Part shown: positions 42,829-52,247 of the stretch, piece after piece | Layout: each line of letters begins with the position of its first letter | Numbering within the stretch: position 1 is the first letter of the stretch | DNA from: a virus | Lineage: Duplodnaviria; Caudoviricetes | DNA length: 64,000 nucleotides | Virus record (IMG/VR): IMGVR_UViG_3300014203_000012 | Coordinates: 119,920 to 183,919 of that record | Reading direction: 5' to 3' (one strand) | Notes under the pieces: model-generated | Databases searched by the model: none | What the model saw: only the letters and a program-made list of their open reading frames with translations | What the model was told of the DNA's origin: nothing | Program-made: the position numbers and the translations under genes

Positions 42829-43476
42829 ATGAATGGTAAGTTATATATCAGTAGCGACTTTGGCGATGTACGTAATGTTATCGCCAATGGCACTACTGTA
42901 GTAGCTCTTGTTGATGATGCTGAAAAGTACCGTTACATAAATTGCGTTATTATGGGCAACTTACTGCCGCCATATGAATCACTGAGTGCGGAAATAGATG
43001 GCGATACTCAAACATCTGCAGCCATCTATTATTCATATTTGATGTCTAAGATAAACGTTATCGCCAATATCTTAGCAGCATTGAATATGGGTAAGAATAT
43101 ATTACTATTCGTTCCAGAAGAGGAATCTATGAACTTTGGGTTTGTAAATGTGCTTATTAGCTTCTTCTTAAACGTGTTCGGTATTAAGATCCAATGTAGG
43201 TTTAATGATTATTATGAAATTAGCAACGAACCTATATTTGTTGCTAGAAGAGCAGATGCATTGTTTGTAAATGAGCTAATACAATTTGACGTTTATTGCG
43301 CTATGATGCCACAAGGTGTTCTGCCATCTGAAGAAGCATGTGGTAGAATGATGAGATCAATAAATTATAATTTCTCCACTATGGGAGAGTGTGTAAATTA
43401 TTGTAATCAATACATTGAGTCAGTACGACAGCAAAAAGCTGGAGTGTTCACTCCTGTATTTAGAGTGACATCATGA
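42829..43476 (+). CDS. Hypothetical protein
   Basis: 215-aa ORF in operon. Confidence 0.7.
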   Translation: MNGKLYISSDFGDVRNVIANGTTVVALVDDAEKYRYINCVIMGNLLPPYESLSAEIDGDTQTSAAIYYSYLMSKINVIANILAALNMGKNILLFVPEEESMNFGFVNVLISFFLNVFGIKIQCRFNDYYEISNEPIFVARRADALFVNELIQFDVYCAMMPQGVLPSEEACGRMMRSINYNFSTMGECVNYCNQYIESVRQQKAGVFTPVFRVTS

Positions 43477-43994
43477 TTGTATTTGGTAATAACAATATCG
43501 TTCCCTATCTTTTGATAGATAGGGAACGATACTTTGTACTTAATTTTTTTAATCCAACAAATCTAGGAGATAGATTAAATACTCTATGGGCACCTCCTAT
43601 AATATTTCAAACATGTCCATTAGATTCTGCTGAGTTTGATATGGCGTACGCTAATTATATATTAACTAACGATGATGCATTTATAGATTTCATGGAAATC
43701 ATGATGTGTATGTATTATAATGAGGATGTGTTTATCTTAACAGATTTAGACTCCCCTCCAGTTGTATCTATGTGCGAGTCAATCCTTAAGTTAATTCAAC
43801 AGCGATACGGATACAACTGTTATATAGCAAACGAACCGGAAGATATATTTAGTATGCCAATGTCAGAAATATCCGAAATGGGCTCTCAAGTGTTCATTCA
43901 GGATAAAGAAAGATATGCATACCTAACCGTAGATGCAAAGGAACTGATGAAAAATATAGAAACAGTTGGTGGTGAAAGTGACAAGTGCGTATGA
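43473..43994 (+). CDS. Hypothetical protein
   Basis: 173 aa, ATGA overlap with previous gene. Confidence 0.7.
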   Translation: MIVFGNNNIVPYLLIDRERYFVLNFFNPTNLGDRLNTLWAPPIIFQTCPLDSAEFDMAYANYILTNDDAFIDFMEIMMCMYYNEDVFILTDLDSPPVVSMCESILKLIQQRYGYNCYIANEPEDIFSMPMSEISEMGSQVFIQDKERYAYLTVDAKELMKNIETVGGESDKCV

Positions 43995-44793
43995 GGTAGA
44001 TAAATATACCATGCCTGTCAATTATATCATATCTGAATATATACGAGAGTATGATATAAGCAAAGCCAATATAAATATTTTATTGTATAAGGGGCTGATA
44101 TCTCAGCCCCAATATAATTATTTATACTCATTACCTGGAGAGCAAAGAAAGATCAAAGTTGGGCTAATGCAACGAGACAGCCCTGTAATAAATAAAGGAT
44201 TAAGCTCAGGGTTTGGTGAAGCAAGGAAGATGTTCTATGAAGCTAATAATATTCAGGAACATGAAATCCTTGCGGTTAAGAAGGACGCTATCTTTCTAAT
44301 GAATAAGATACCGTCCGTTACCAAGTTTGGCAATATAGAATTTGTCGAAAAGAACCTTTATACATCCTTTTATCAATTGGCTGGATTAGAATTGTACTAC
44401 TACTATAACTCTAATACAAACCAAGAGAAACTTGATATAAAGGGCATGAGTGATGATGTCATAGCGTTACACAAACCGTATATGATTGATTTGCTCATGT
44501 ATATATTTGGAACTGCCCAAGAAAGTCCGTCACGAGATGTGGTGGGTCTCGTATCCAATATACGTGATCGTTACATAAGTGGTGAACTTGGAGTTAACTA
44601 TTTTAGAGAATTTAATAATAGATCCTTATTTAGAACGAAGATAGATATCATGGGGGAGAGAATGTATCTCACTTGTTTGGACCGAAACGTCCAAGTAAAA
44701 GATATAGACCCTGCACATAATTACTCTCTGCTCCAAGAAGTGTATCGGATTTTTGTTGGGCAGTATCTAAAAACAGCACAGAATAAAAGGTAA
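43966..44793 (+). CDS. Minimal family-B-like DNA polymerase palm subunit (divergent)
   Basis: IREYDISKAN (motif A-like), AVKKDAIF (motif C-like), LDIKG; no exonuclease domain; start may be GTG 43978. Confidence 0.5.
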   Translation: MVVKVTSAYEVDKYTMPVNYIISEYIREYDISKANINILLYKGLISQPQYNYLYSLPGEQRKIKVGLMQRDSPVINKGLSSGFGEARKMFYEANNIQEHEILAVKKDAIFLMNKIPSVTKFGNIEFVEKNLYTSFYQLAGLELYYYYNSNTNQEKLDIKGMSDDVIALHKPYMIDLLMYIFGTAQESPSRDVVGLVSNIRDRYISGELGVNYFREFNNRSLFRTKIDIMGERMYLTCLDRNVQVKDIDPAHNYSLLQEVYRIFVGQYLKTAQNKR

Positions 44794-44822
44794 GCTTAAT
44801 CGCTTACCTTTTATTTTTTTAG

Positions 44823-44872
44823 TTATATATTATATAAATGAGCAATAAAACAATTGCATCTTAAGGAGGAAT
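44823..44872 (+). promoter_or_regulatory. Early promoter + 5' hairpin + RBS leader cassette
   Basis: TTATATATTATATAAATGAGCAATAAAACAATTGCATCTTAAGGAGGAAT, near-identical to the leader at 3055-3105 (minus). Confidence 0.75.
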
Positions 44873-44877
44873 TTATT

Positions 44878-45546
44878 ATGAGAAACAGTGTAATGGATGA
44901 TATGCTTGATTGTACGGTAGATAAGAATATAATTGCGTCGCATCAATTTTGTATACGTAATGATCTAGAAGGATTGAAACGTTTGGAAAAAGAACTAGAT
45001 ATAAGTGAGTTGCTTTATAAAACTAGTTCTTATTTCGCAGCACATTCATATTCAGAAACTCCTATGAATATAGCAGCCAGTAATGGATATATCGAATTGT
45101 TCGATTATTTATTTAACAACTATGGACAGAAAACAGGTAGGCTTTATAAGATGGATATAAGGTGTGCTGTAGAGAGTGCATGTATGTTAGGGCAATTGGA
45201 AATATTGAAATACATTACCAGTCAAGGAATAAGTTTATGGAAATACTGTCTAGTGTATGCTATAAGAGATTGTCATTTAGAAATAGTTAAATATTTAATA
45301 GAAGAGTGTGGATTAAATGTTAATGAAACTTTATCATACCGTGACACTCCGGTGAAAACTAATTTAATAACTTTTACATTAGCAAATAAACAATTGAATC
45401 CTATACCTGAAGATAAAGCGTTGGAAGTTATTAAATATTTAATAGAAACACAAAATGCAGATCCAACAGCCAGTGATAATTTTCTACTAAAGGCTGCGAA
45501 AGAATTAGGTTTTAAAAGTATTATATCCTATCTAGAATCTAAATAG
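44878..45546 (+). CDS. Ankyrin-repeat protein
   Basis: TPMNIAASNGYIELFDYL, SACMLGQLEILKYI, YAIRDCHLEIVKYLIEECGLNVN; likely start ATG 44878. Confidence 0.8.
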   Translation: MRNSVMDDMLDCTVDKNIIASHQFCIRNDLEGLKRLEKELDISELLYKTSSYFAAHSYSETPMNIAASNGYIELFDYLFNNYGQKTGRLYKMDIRCAVESACMLGQLEILKYITSQGISLWKYCLVYAIRDCHLEIVKYLIEECGLNVNETLSYRDTPVKTNLITFTLANKQLNPIPEDKALEVIKYLIETQNADPTASDNFLLKAAKELGFKSIISYLESK

Positions 45547-45585
45547 GTATTAAAGGTAAGCTCAAATGAGCTTACCTTATATTTT

Positions 45586-46140
45586 TTATAATATATTAGT
45601 TGATTCGCTTTCTTTTTTCCTTTTGGCAGACAAGAGTTCTAGATTATTAGACTCTTCCATTCTATTATTATGAATAGAATAGTTCATTACAACCATATAT
45701 ATCTTCTCGGTTAATACACTTTCAACTAACTCTTCATTGTAATATGATCGCATTTTATATAGTGTAACTTTAGACATTCTGGTTAGTACACTTTCTATGA
45801 GAATAGATATTATTTTTTTCTCGTCTTCTTCACTAATGTACTCTTTATCCTTCCATCCACTGTTTAATGCAATATATTCATTAAAACATTCAGTTATTAT
45901 AAGATCGATTATAGCTGGTGTTGTTGGATCGAATAGACTTTGTTCACATATGGTTTTTGTTATTTCCGTTCTACGATTAAGAATAATCATCCCATATAAT
46001 ACCGAACACCAAAAGAATGATTGATTGGGGTCCTCCCAAATAATTGCACTAAGTAGTGCAACCGCTAATACATAAAATCCTGGTTTTGTCAACATTTGTG
46101 ATAATTTCATTTTACTATAAGAAACGTTCATTATATTCAC
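45586..46140 (-). CDS. Membrane-anchored hypothetical protein
   Basis: Two N-terminal hydrophobic segments; 184 aa. Confidence 0.6.
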   Translation of the reverse strand: MNIMNVSYSKMKLSQMLTKPGFYVLAVALLSAIIWEDPNQSFFWCSVLYGMIILNRRTEITKTICEQSLFDPTTPAIIDLIITECFNEYIALNSGWKDKEYISEEDEKKIISILIESVLTRMSKVTLYKMRSYYNEELVESVLTEKIYMVVMNYSIHNNRMEESNNLELLSAKRKKESESTNIL

Positions 46141-46813
46141 TCCAATTCAAAATATTATCCCTAATACTTAGTAGTTGCAGTGTATTTAGTTCATTAGTTT
46201 CACTGGATGCAGATTCTTTTTTTAGCATAAATAATATCTTCATAGCAATATCTCTAGTAATGCCAGTTCTGTATTTAGATAAGAATGTATACCAATCGCC
46301 GAATCCCATAAATGTAGGAACATAGAAATTTGGATCGTTATGATGCATTTGGTGGCATGTTTTACATAGCATTACTGTACATATATCATGCTTGGTATGT
46401 TCTATCTTAAGAACTTCTACTAAATCAAACGTAGTAATAGCACCATACGTATTTAAAACATGCTCGGTTATAATTAGAGCAATATCAAATATAGTTAAAA
46501 TATGATGATGCATTTCAATAGTTGCCATTTCTTCATCTTCACTTGAGTGAATATTAGAGTGGAAATGACAACGATTCAACCCCATATCCATAAGATGACT
46601 TTTATAATGCTTATAAGTTTTTCCTTGTCTAAATCGTTTAATTGCATTGTCTAAGAAACTTTTATAAGTTTCTACGTCTAATAGGGTTTCCCTTGTTTGT
46701 GCAAATGGAACTTCAAAGGGAGAATTTGGTGACATTAATGTGGGATTTTCTTCATTATATATAAAAATATCTGGATAATTTGTTTGTTGCATCGTTTGTG
46801 GTAACATTTTCAT
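46115..46813 (-). CDS. HNH-like protein (paralog of 35124-35855)
   Basis: C..H...IEMHHHILTIFDI...VMLCKTCHQMHH. Confidence 0.6.
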   Translation of the reverse strand: MKMLPQTMQQTNYPDIFIYNEENPTLMSPNSPFEVPFAQTRETLLDVETYKSFLDNAIKRFRQGKTYKHYKSHLMDMGLNRCHFHSNIHSSEDEEMATIEMHHHILTIFDIALIITEHVLNTYGAITTFDLVEVLKIEHTKHDICTVMLCKTCHQMHHNDPNFYVPTFMGFGDWYTFLSKYRTGITRDIAMKILFMLKKESASSETNELNTLQLLSIRDNILNWSEYNERFL

Positions 46814-47132
46814 TCCTCCTAGTTTTTAAAATACTTTCACATCTGTTAATGCCATCTTCCAGCATTATAGAAAAGTATTTTTGATCGCCAAAAAATTTAT
46901 ACTTCTCTTCAAAGTTTCTTCTGCTACCTAGATGATCTATCGAGTCTAGGAAGCATCCTATAAAAAATGATGCATTTATTGAGTAGGTTATTATTGATAA
47001 TAATACACAAATATGTGGTTCTTTATTACGATCAAATTCATCTAAATGAATTTTATCGCGAACTTTCTTTCCCTCATCCCTACCACTCAATATTCTTTCT
47101 TGTGGTAGTAATATAGTCATAGGCATAATCAT
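46755..47132 (-). CDS. STAS-like (DUF4325-like) protein
   Basis: LSGRDEGKKVR...SINASFFIGCF pattern. Confidence 0.55.
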   Translation of the reverse strand: MIMPMTILLPQERILSGRDEGKKVRDKIHLDEFDRNKEPHICVLLSIITYSINASFFIGCFLDSIDHLGSRRNFEEKYKFFGDQKYFSIMLEDGINRCESILKTRRNENVTTNDATNKLSRYFYI

Positions 47133-47209
47133 ACCCCCTCCTTAATACTATGTTTTAGGATACAATTAAATGTGAGTTACATAGTAATAATACAATTGGG
47201 CATAGGGAG

Positions 47210-50200
47210 ATGTTTAAATTGGAAATTAAAAAAATATATACAGAGAACCCGTTTGTTGATTCTCTGCTATACTGTGTTAAATTGCTAGCTTTTGGTTCGA
47301 TAGTTAAATTCGCAGAAATTGCGGATAACGACGAAACCGAAAACAGTATTAAACAATCTGACTTATATATAGCCTCTATAGAAAATAGAGGTATATTTGA
47401 TTTGTTTAATTATACTACAAATATACTAAATAAAAGTTCACTCCCTAAAGAGAATATGTCAGATTATTTAAAAGATAAATATCTGATACCCGAGGCTTAT
47501 AGGGACGAGGTCACTGCACTTGCTATGGCGGATTGCATCGCGAATTATAATGAAGAAAATGAATACTATAGAACGCTTTGTGGTCTACCACCAAATGGGG
47601 AGTATGGTATTCCTTTAAAAAGCTATGAATATCTTATACCAGATGGTAACGCAAGCACCGCTACATATGTGCACGAACTCGGCACTGATGGTGCAAAAAT
47701 GCTTGAGTTGTATGGTATACTAGATATAATAAAAGCAGACTATCCTGATGATGCGTATTTAAATTATCTAACTTATGGTATTACGATATATAAGGCTAGA
47801 AAGGCAATGGACTATCAAATTTTATACATGCCAACCACATCTATTTTAGAAATAGATGATAAATTTATGTCTAAATATGAACTCAATCGTGCATTTACAA
47901 TAAGATCTATTTATTCAGATGCTTTTAAAACAAAATCTGATTATTATAATAATTTTATTGGTTTGCTCATAATGATAATGACAATGACTGATATGCTTAC
48001 CGAGGTACAAGAGCATATAATCAAGAAAGATATATTAGATTCTAGATGTATTGAGTATATCTTTTCTATGTATGGACTACCATATTATCACTCTATTCCA
48101 TTGAAATATCAAACTAATATGTGCAAAAATATTAATGCTTTAGTTAAGTATAAATCTTGCGAGCAGGGTATGCTTAATCTTATAACTTTATTTGGAATGG
48201 ATAATATTGAAGTTTTTAAATATTTCATACTCAGAGATAGAAAGACTGATAACTGGGGAGAATTTATTTATAATACAACAATAGATATCACATCTAAAGA
48301 AAATGATATAATAATACATGAGCAGGTAACTAAACCCATCAGTGATGACACCGTGCCATTTCTATTCAACTATTTTCTTCAGAAAGGGAATGTAATGTTT
48401 GTATGGTTAGATGGATATAAACTAAAAGATACTATTGATTATGAGGTATATAATTACGATAAGATTGCATTTAAGAATGGGGTAACTTCTGGTAAAAATA
48501 ATATAACGTACGATTTCTACTATGATAAAAATACAGTTAATTCTGAATTTAAACCAGATGCAGAGAATGGTATTACTATGATTACAGATACCTTTACAAA
48601 TGCGACAGATATTAACACGTTTGCTTTTACTCCACCATACCCAGAATATTTCATTGATAAAAACTGTATGATAGTATCTATGGGTGGGGTATTCATTGAT
48701 AGTAGTGCTTATGTATTGGATCTCAGTGTCAATACAATTACCATCAATGGGGAATATAACACTAAAGGCAAACAGCTAACATTTATCTATCTATATGGTA
48801 AGAAATTAACTACTATATTTAAATGCTATAAAGTTCCAACTACAGTAAATGGTCAGGCTAGATTTACTGTACCGGAACCTTTTACAAATTATATAGATAA
48901 TGGAAATGATTTCTTTGTAACTATAGGGTCTACATATATAGATCCTAGACGATACACTACCGAAGATGGGCAAATTGTATTTAGCGATTTATCGCTAGAT
49001 ATAGGTAGAGATGTATCATTTAATTTTGTATATTCTGCAGCAGCTATCTATGCAAATGTGGATATAACACAAACTATTAAAACAATCACTGCAACCAAAT
49101 ACTATCAATATGAGTTTACCGTAGATTTTCCAATAGATGATTATTTAAAATTTGGATATAAGATCTATATTAAACTTAGAGGGTGGTATTTATCCGATGA
49201 TTATTATGACGTATATTCAAATAAACTTGTATTCAGAGATAGGGCTATTGCATTGCAACCTGGTGAAACAATAGAGCTATGTTTTGTATATGGGCCAACA
49301 GCTAGAAATATAATAGTTTATAAAGACCATATGGTTGCTGAAACTGCATATCAAGATACATTTGATATTGCATATCCTTTAAGTAACTTCTTTCTTAGAG
49401 GTAATAAAGTAATTATAGATTGTGATGGAGCATTATTAACAGAAGGTGCCGAGTTTAATTTCAATGGGGATAAAAGTAAAATCACAATTATAAATAAAGA
49501 TTACTTACCATATGCTGGACAAAAGATAAATTATACCTTTGTTTATAACTTAGAGTCTGATTATGCTATTAAGCTTGAGCAGCAAGTAATAATAGCAACA
49601 GAAGATGATCAACAAACATTTTATCTTAATTTCCCATTCTATCCATATACTGAAACGACTCAAGGATTTATACTTATGCATAATAGCTTAATTATAGATT
49701 CTAATCTTATAACTGTGAATAAGTATGATTGTGGCATTCCGCTTGATGATGTTAAAATTGGAGATGAAATCGTTGTTCTTTACATCTTCAACAATAAATA
49801 TCTTATCAGTAAGGATGAGTTACTTACGGTTGAAGAGAAGACAATTACTACTAGTTTAAGTATTGATGATGATCTTTTTATAGATATTCCTATCCCATTT
49901 AATGATTATATCGAGAATAGATGGGATTACTTTGTTGATTATACTCGTAATAGATTGCTAGATGAGTATGAAGTAATAGGTAATGGATTACTGTTTCTCG
50001 ATCCTAAAAAGATACTCAACTATAATTCATTAACATTTACATTTATCTATAAAGAGTCATATTTAACTAGATCTGAGGATGAAGACTATTCTAAAGATAT
50101 TGCTCTTAAATTTGTTAAGATTCCTCTTAACGCCGCAACCAATACTGACTATTTAAAAAAGGAAACCAATACTAGATCATATGATAGCATCACATTAAAT

Positions 50201-51310
50201 GATAAATTTTGGGATGGAGATTGCAATCAGGATAATGCACATGCTGCAATTAAAACTAGCATTCTTAAAGAACAATTTAATTTTGCTAGAACTAAATATA
50301 TGACATTGGAATATTTAGTTGAGTTGACTGATATGTCGTTTGAACTATCATATTTCTACAATATATTATATGATGATGTATTTAAAGAGGATCTTTTGAC
50401 AATTAAAGTCCCTACTATTTCTCCTAATAAAAACTTTAAACTTAGCCATATATTTTGCTATATGACATCACTTGCCTACTTATATAGTGGTATCAGCGAT
50501 ACGATTATGGATACTCCTACAAAGGTATTGTATGTAAAAGGGTTTAATTTTAAGACTGATTTGACTTCTCTTAGAAATTATATCTTAGAACAGCGCCGTT
50601 TACCTGGGGATTTTGATGTGTTTAATTTCATCAATCCAGCTGAACAGATTCCATCTATAGATGAGTTTATCAATATTTATACAACTAATAAAGAAGTGTG
50701 GAAAACTATATGTGCAGGTATGACTGAGGCTAAGAACTACGATATATATAAGATATGGAAGAAACTATATGATGGGTTAATGATTTGCCAGTTTAATTTA
50801 GAATTCTTCAAATTATCTAATGGGAATGTAGCTCCAACCTTTACTGATTTCTTAAAAGAAAAAGATAACGTTCTCTATGTATCGCTAAAGACAATATCTG
50901 CTATTTCTGATCAAGAAACAAGAGATAATGAAATCATAACCATGATATCAGATATAGTCTATATACTCGAAGAATATATCGATGCCAAAGAGTTCAAATA
51001 CGTCTACAGTCAGTTTCCTGGAGTGTCTGGAGAGTATGTACTACAATACTTATTTACTATGATTAATTTCTTTAAATCATATAAAGTTGTATTGAATCAA
51101 ATGAATATTCAGTATATCTGTAATAATAAAACACAAAATACATTACGTCCATACGATACCCAATCTATGCAGATACATTTGGACAAACCAGACTATATAA
51201 ATATAATAGAGACTAAAGATTCTGGTATTAATCTTATTAAGACAGATAATATAGGAATTAAAGAGAAATTATCCTTCTCGTACTACCAGGAGGATGGGGA
51301 TATGATCTGA
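47210..51310 (+). CDS. Large baseplate-wedge-like virion protein with ~7 internal beta-rich repeats
   Basis: 1366 aa; NINALVKYKS..G...LITLFG motif; ~85-aa repeats with P(F/Y)xxY...V..G..(L/I); TACA-N6-TA at 47178. Confidence 0.6.
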   Translation: MFKLEIKKIYTENPFVDSLLYCVKLLAFGSIVKFAEIADNDETENSIKQSDLYIASIENRGIFDLFNYTTNILNKSSLPKENMSDYLKDKYLIPEAYRDEVTALAMADCIANYNEENEYYRTLCGLPPNGEYGIPLKSYEYLIPDGNASTATYVHELGTDGAKMLELYGILDIIKADYPDDAYLNYLTYGITIYKARKAMDYQILYMPTTSILEIDDKFMSKYELNRAFTIRSIYSDAFKTKSDYYNNFIGLLIMIMTMTDMLTEVQEHIIKKDILDSRCIEYIFSMYGLPYYHSIPLKYQTNMCKNINALVKYKSCEQGMLNLITLFGMDNIEVFKYFILRDRKTDNWGEFIYNTTIDITSKENDIIIHEQVTKPISDDTVPFLFNYFLQKGNVMFVWLDGYKLKDTIDYEVYNYDKIAFKNGVTSGKNNITYDFYYDKNTVNSEFKPDAENGITMITDTFTNATDINTFAFTPPYPEYFIDKNCMIVSMGGVFIDSSAYVLDLSVNTITINGEYNTKGKQLTFIYLYGKKLTTIFKCYKVPTTVNGQARFTVPEPFTNYIDNGNDFFVTIGSTYIDPRRYTTEDGQIVFSDLSLDIGRDVSFNFVYSAAAIYANVDITQTIKTITATKYYQYEFTVDFPIDDYLKFGYKIYIKLRGWYLSDDYYDVYSNKLVFRDRAIALQPGETIELCFVYGPTARNIIVYKDHMVAETAYQDTFDIAYPLSNFFLRGNKVIIDCDGALLTEGAEFNFNGDKSKITIINKDYLPYAGQKINYTFVYNLESDYAIKLEQQVIIATEDDQQTFYLNFPFYPYTETTQGFILMHNSLIIDSNLITVNKYDCGIPLDDVKIGDEIVVLYIFNNKYLISKDELLTVEEKTITTSLSIDDDLFIDIPIPFNDYIENRWDYFVDYTRNRLLDEYEVIGNGLLFLDPKKILNYNSLTFTFIYKESYLTRSEDEDYSKDIALKFVKIPLNAATNTDYLKKETNTRSYDSITLNDKFWDGDCNQDNAHAAIKTSILKEQFNFARTKYMTLEYLVELTDMSFELSYFYNILYDDVFKEDLLTIKVPTISPNKNFKLSHIFCYMTSLAYLYSGISDTIMDTPTKVLYVKGFNFKTDLTSLRNYILEQRRLPGDFDVFNFINPAEQIPSIDEFINIYTTNKEVWKTICAGMTEAKNYDIYKIWKKLYDGLMICQFNLEFFKLSNGNVAPTFTDFLKEKDNVLYVSLKTISAISDQETRDNEIITMISDIVYILEEYIDAKEFKYVYSQFPGVSGEYVLQYLFTMINFFKSYKVVLNQMNIQYICNNKTQNTLRPYDTQSMQIHLDKPDYINIIETKDSGINLIKTDNIGIKEKLSFSYYQEDGDMI

Positions 51311-51357
51311 TTGGACAACATATTATTAAATTGGTAGCGGAAGGAGAATAGCATACA

Positions 51358-52176
51358 ATGAGTCTTGATTATTTAAAAGTACTCTTACCTCTAACAGATA
51401 CAGTTGGAATAAGAGATGAAAAGCATTTCAATATAAGAACTAAAGTCGTTGTTAAATGCCAAGAAACTGGCGAGACTATATTTACTGAATCGAATAAACT
51501 AATTCTTCCAGGTGCAGGATTCTTGGCAAGGGCTATGTTTGATTTGGTTGGGAGTGAAATAACTCCAAGTTATAATACCGCTTTAGATCTAGACAATACA
51601 GTCTACGCCTCAATCCCTACTAGTGTGAATAAAGTAAGTTTATTCTGCGTTGGAACTGATGGATGTGGCAGAGAAAACTCTCAAGTTTTTGAAGAGGATT
51701 ATCGTAAATGGATAGATCCAATAACTGGGCTTGTACCATTTCAGTATAGACCATTGGCTAAGGATATAACCGATTCTGCCAGAAAAGAAGTATATTTTGG
51801 TAGAAAAACATTAGATGCGTATTATGCATATTATTTTAAGAAGTTTGATTCAGACCCACAATTTACCCAGCAATTTACCGATGGTACTCCTATTGATAGT
51901 TCAATTTATTCTACAACTTCAACTTTACCAGTAGAGACAATTGTAAATATGCAAATGTCTGTTACCCCAGCAGATTGTAGAGATAATTTTATTGCCAGTA
52001 CTGGTATTAACGATGCTAAGATTAATACTATCTCATTATGTACGGCATGGGCTAAAGTTATAGATGGATACAATGTATATCAAGATATTAGACCTGTCAC
52101 CAAGCTCAATTTCCCTAACGAATGTTTGATTGACCTAAAAAAAGGTATTGATATCGATTACAGCGTTTATTTCTAA
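51358..52176 (+). CDS. Baseplate/tail structural protein
   Basis: 272 aa; NKLILPGA, FCVGTDG, INTISL, TKLNF..E..ID.KGIDI.YSVYF; AACA-N6-TA at 51317. Confidence 0.55.
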   Translation: MSLDYLKVLLPLTDTVGIRDEKHFNIRTKVVVKCQETGETIFTESNKLILPGAGFLARAMFDLVGSEITPSYNTALDLDNTVYASIPTSVNKVSLFCVGTDGCGRENSQVFEEDYRKWIDPITGLVPFQYRPLAKDITDSARKEVYFGRKTLDAYYAYYFKKFDSDPQFTQQFTDGTPIDSSIYSTTSTLPVETIVNMQMSVTPADCRDNFIASTGINDAKINTISLCTAWAKVIDGYNVYQDIRPVTKLNFPNECLIDLKKGIDIDYSVYF

Positions 52177-52247
52177 TATATAAGCAGAGTAGTTTATCTA
52201 CTCTGCTATATTTTCACATAAAATACATTAAACTAAGGGGTGATATC

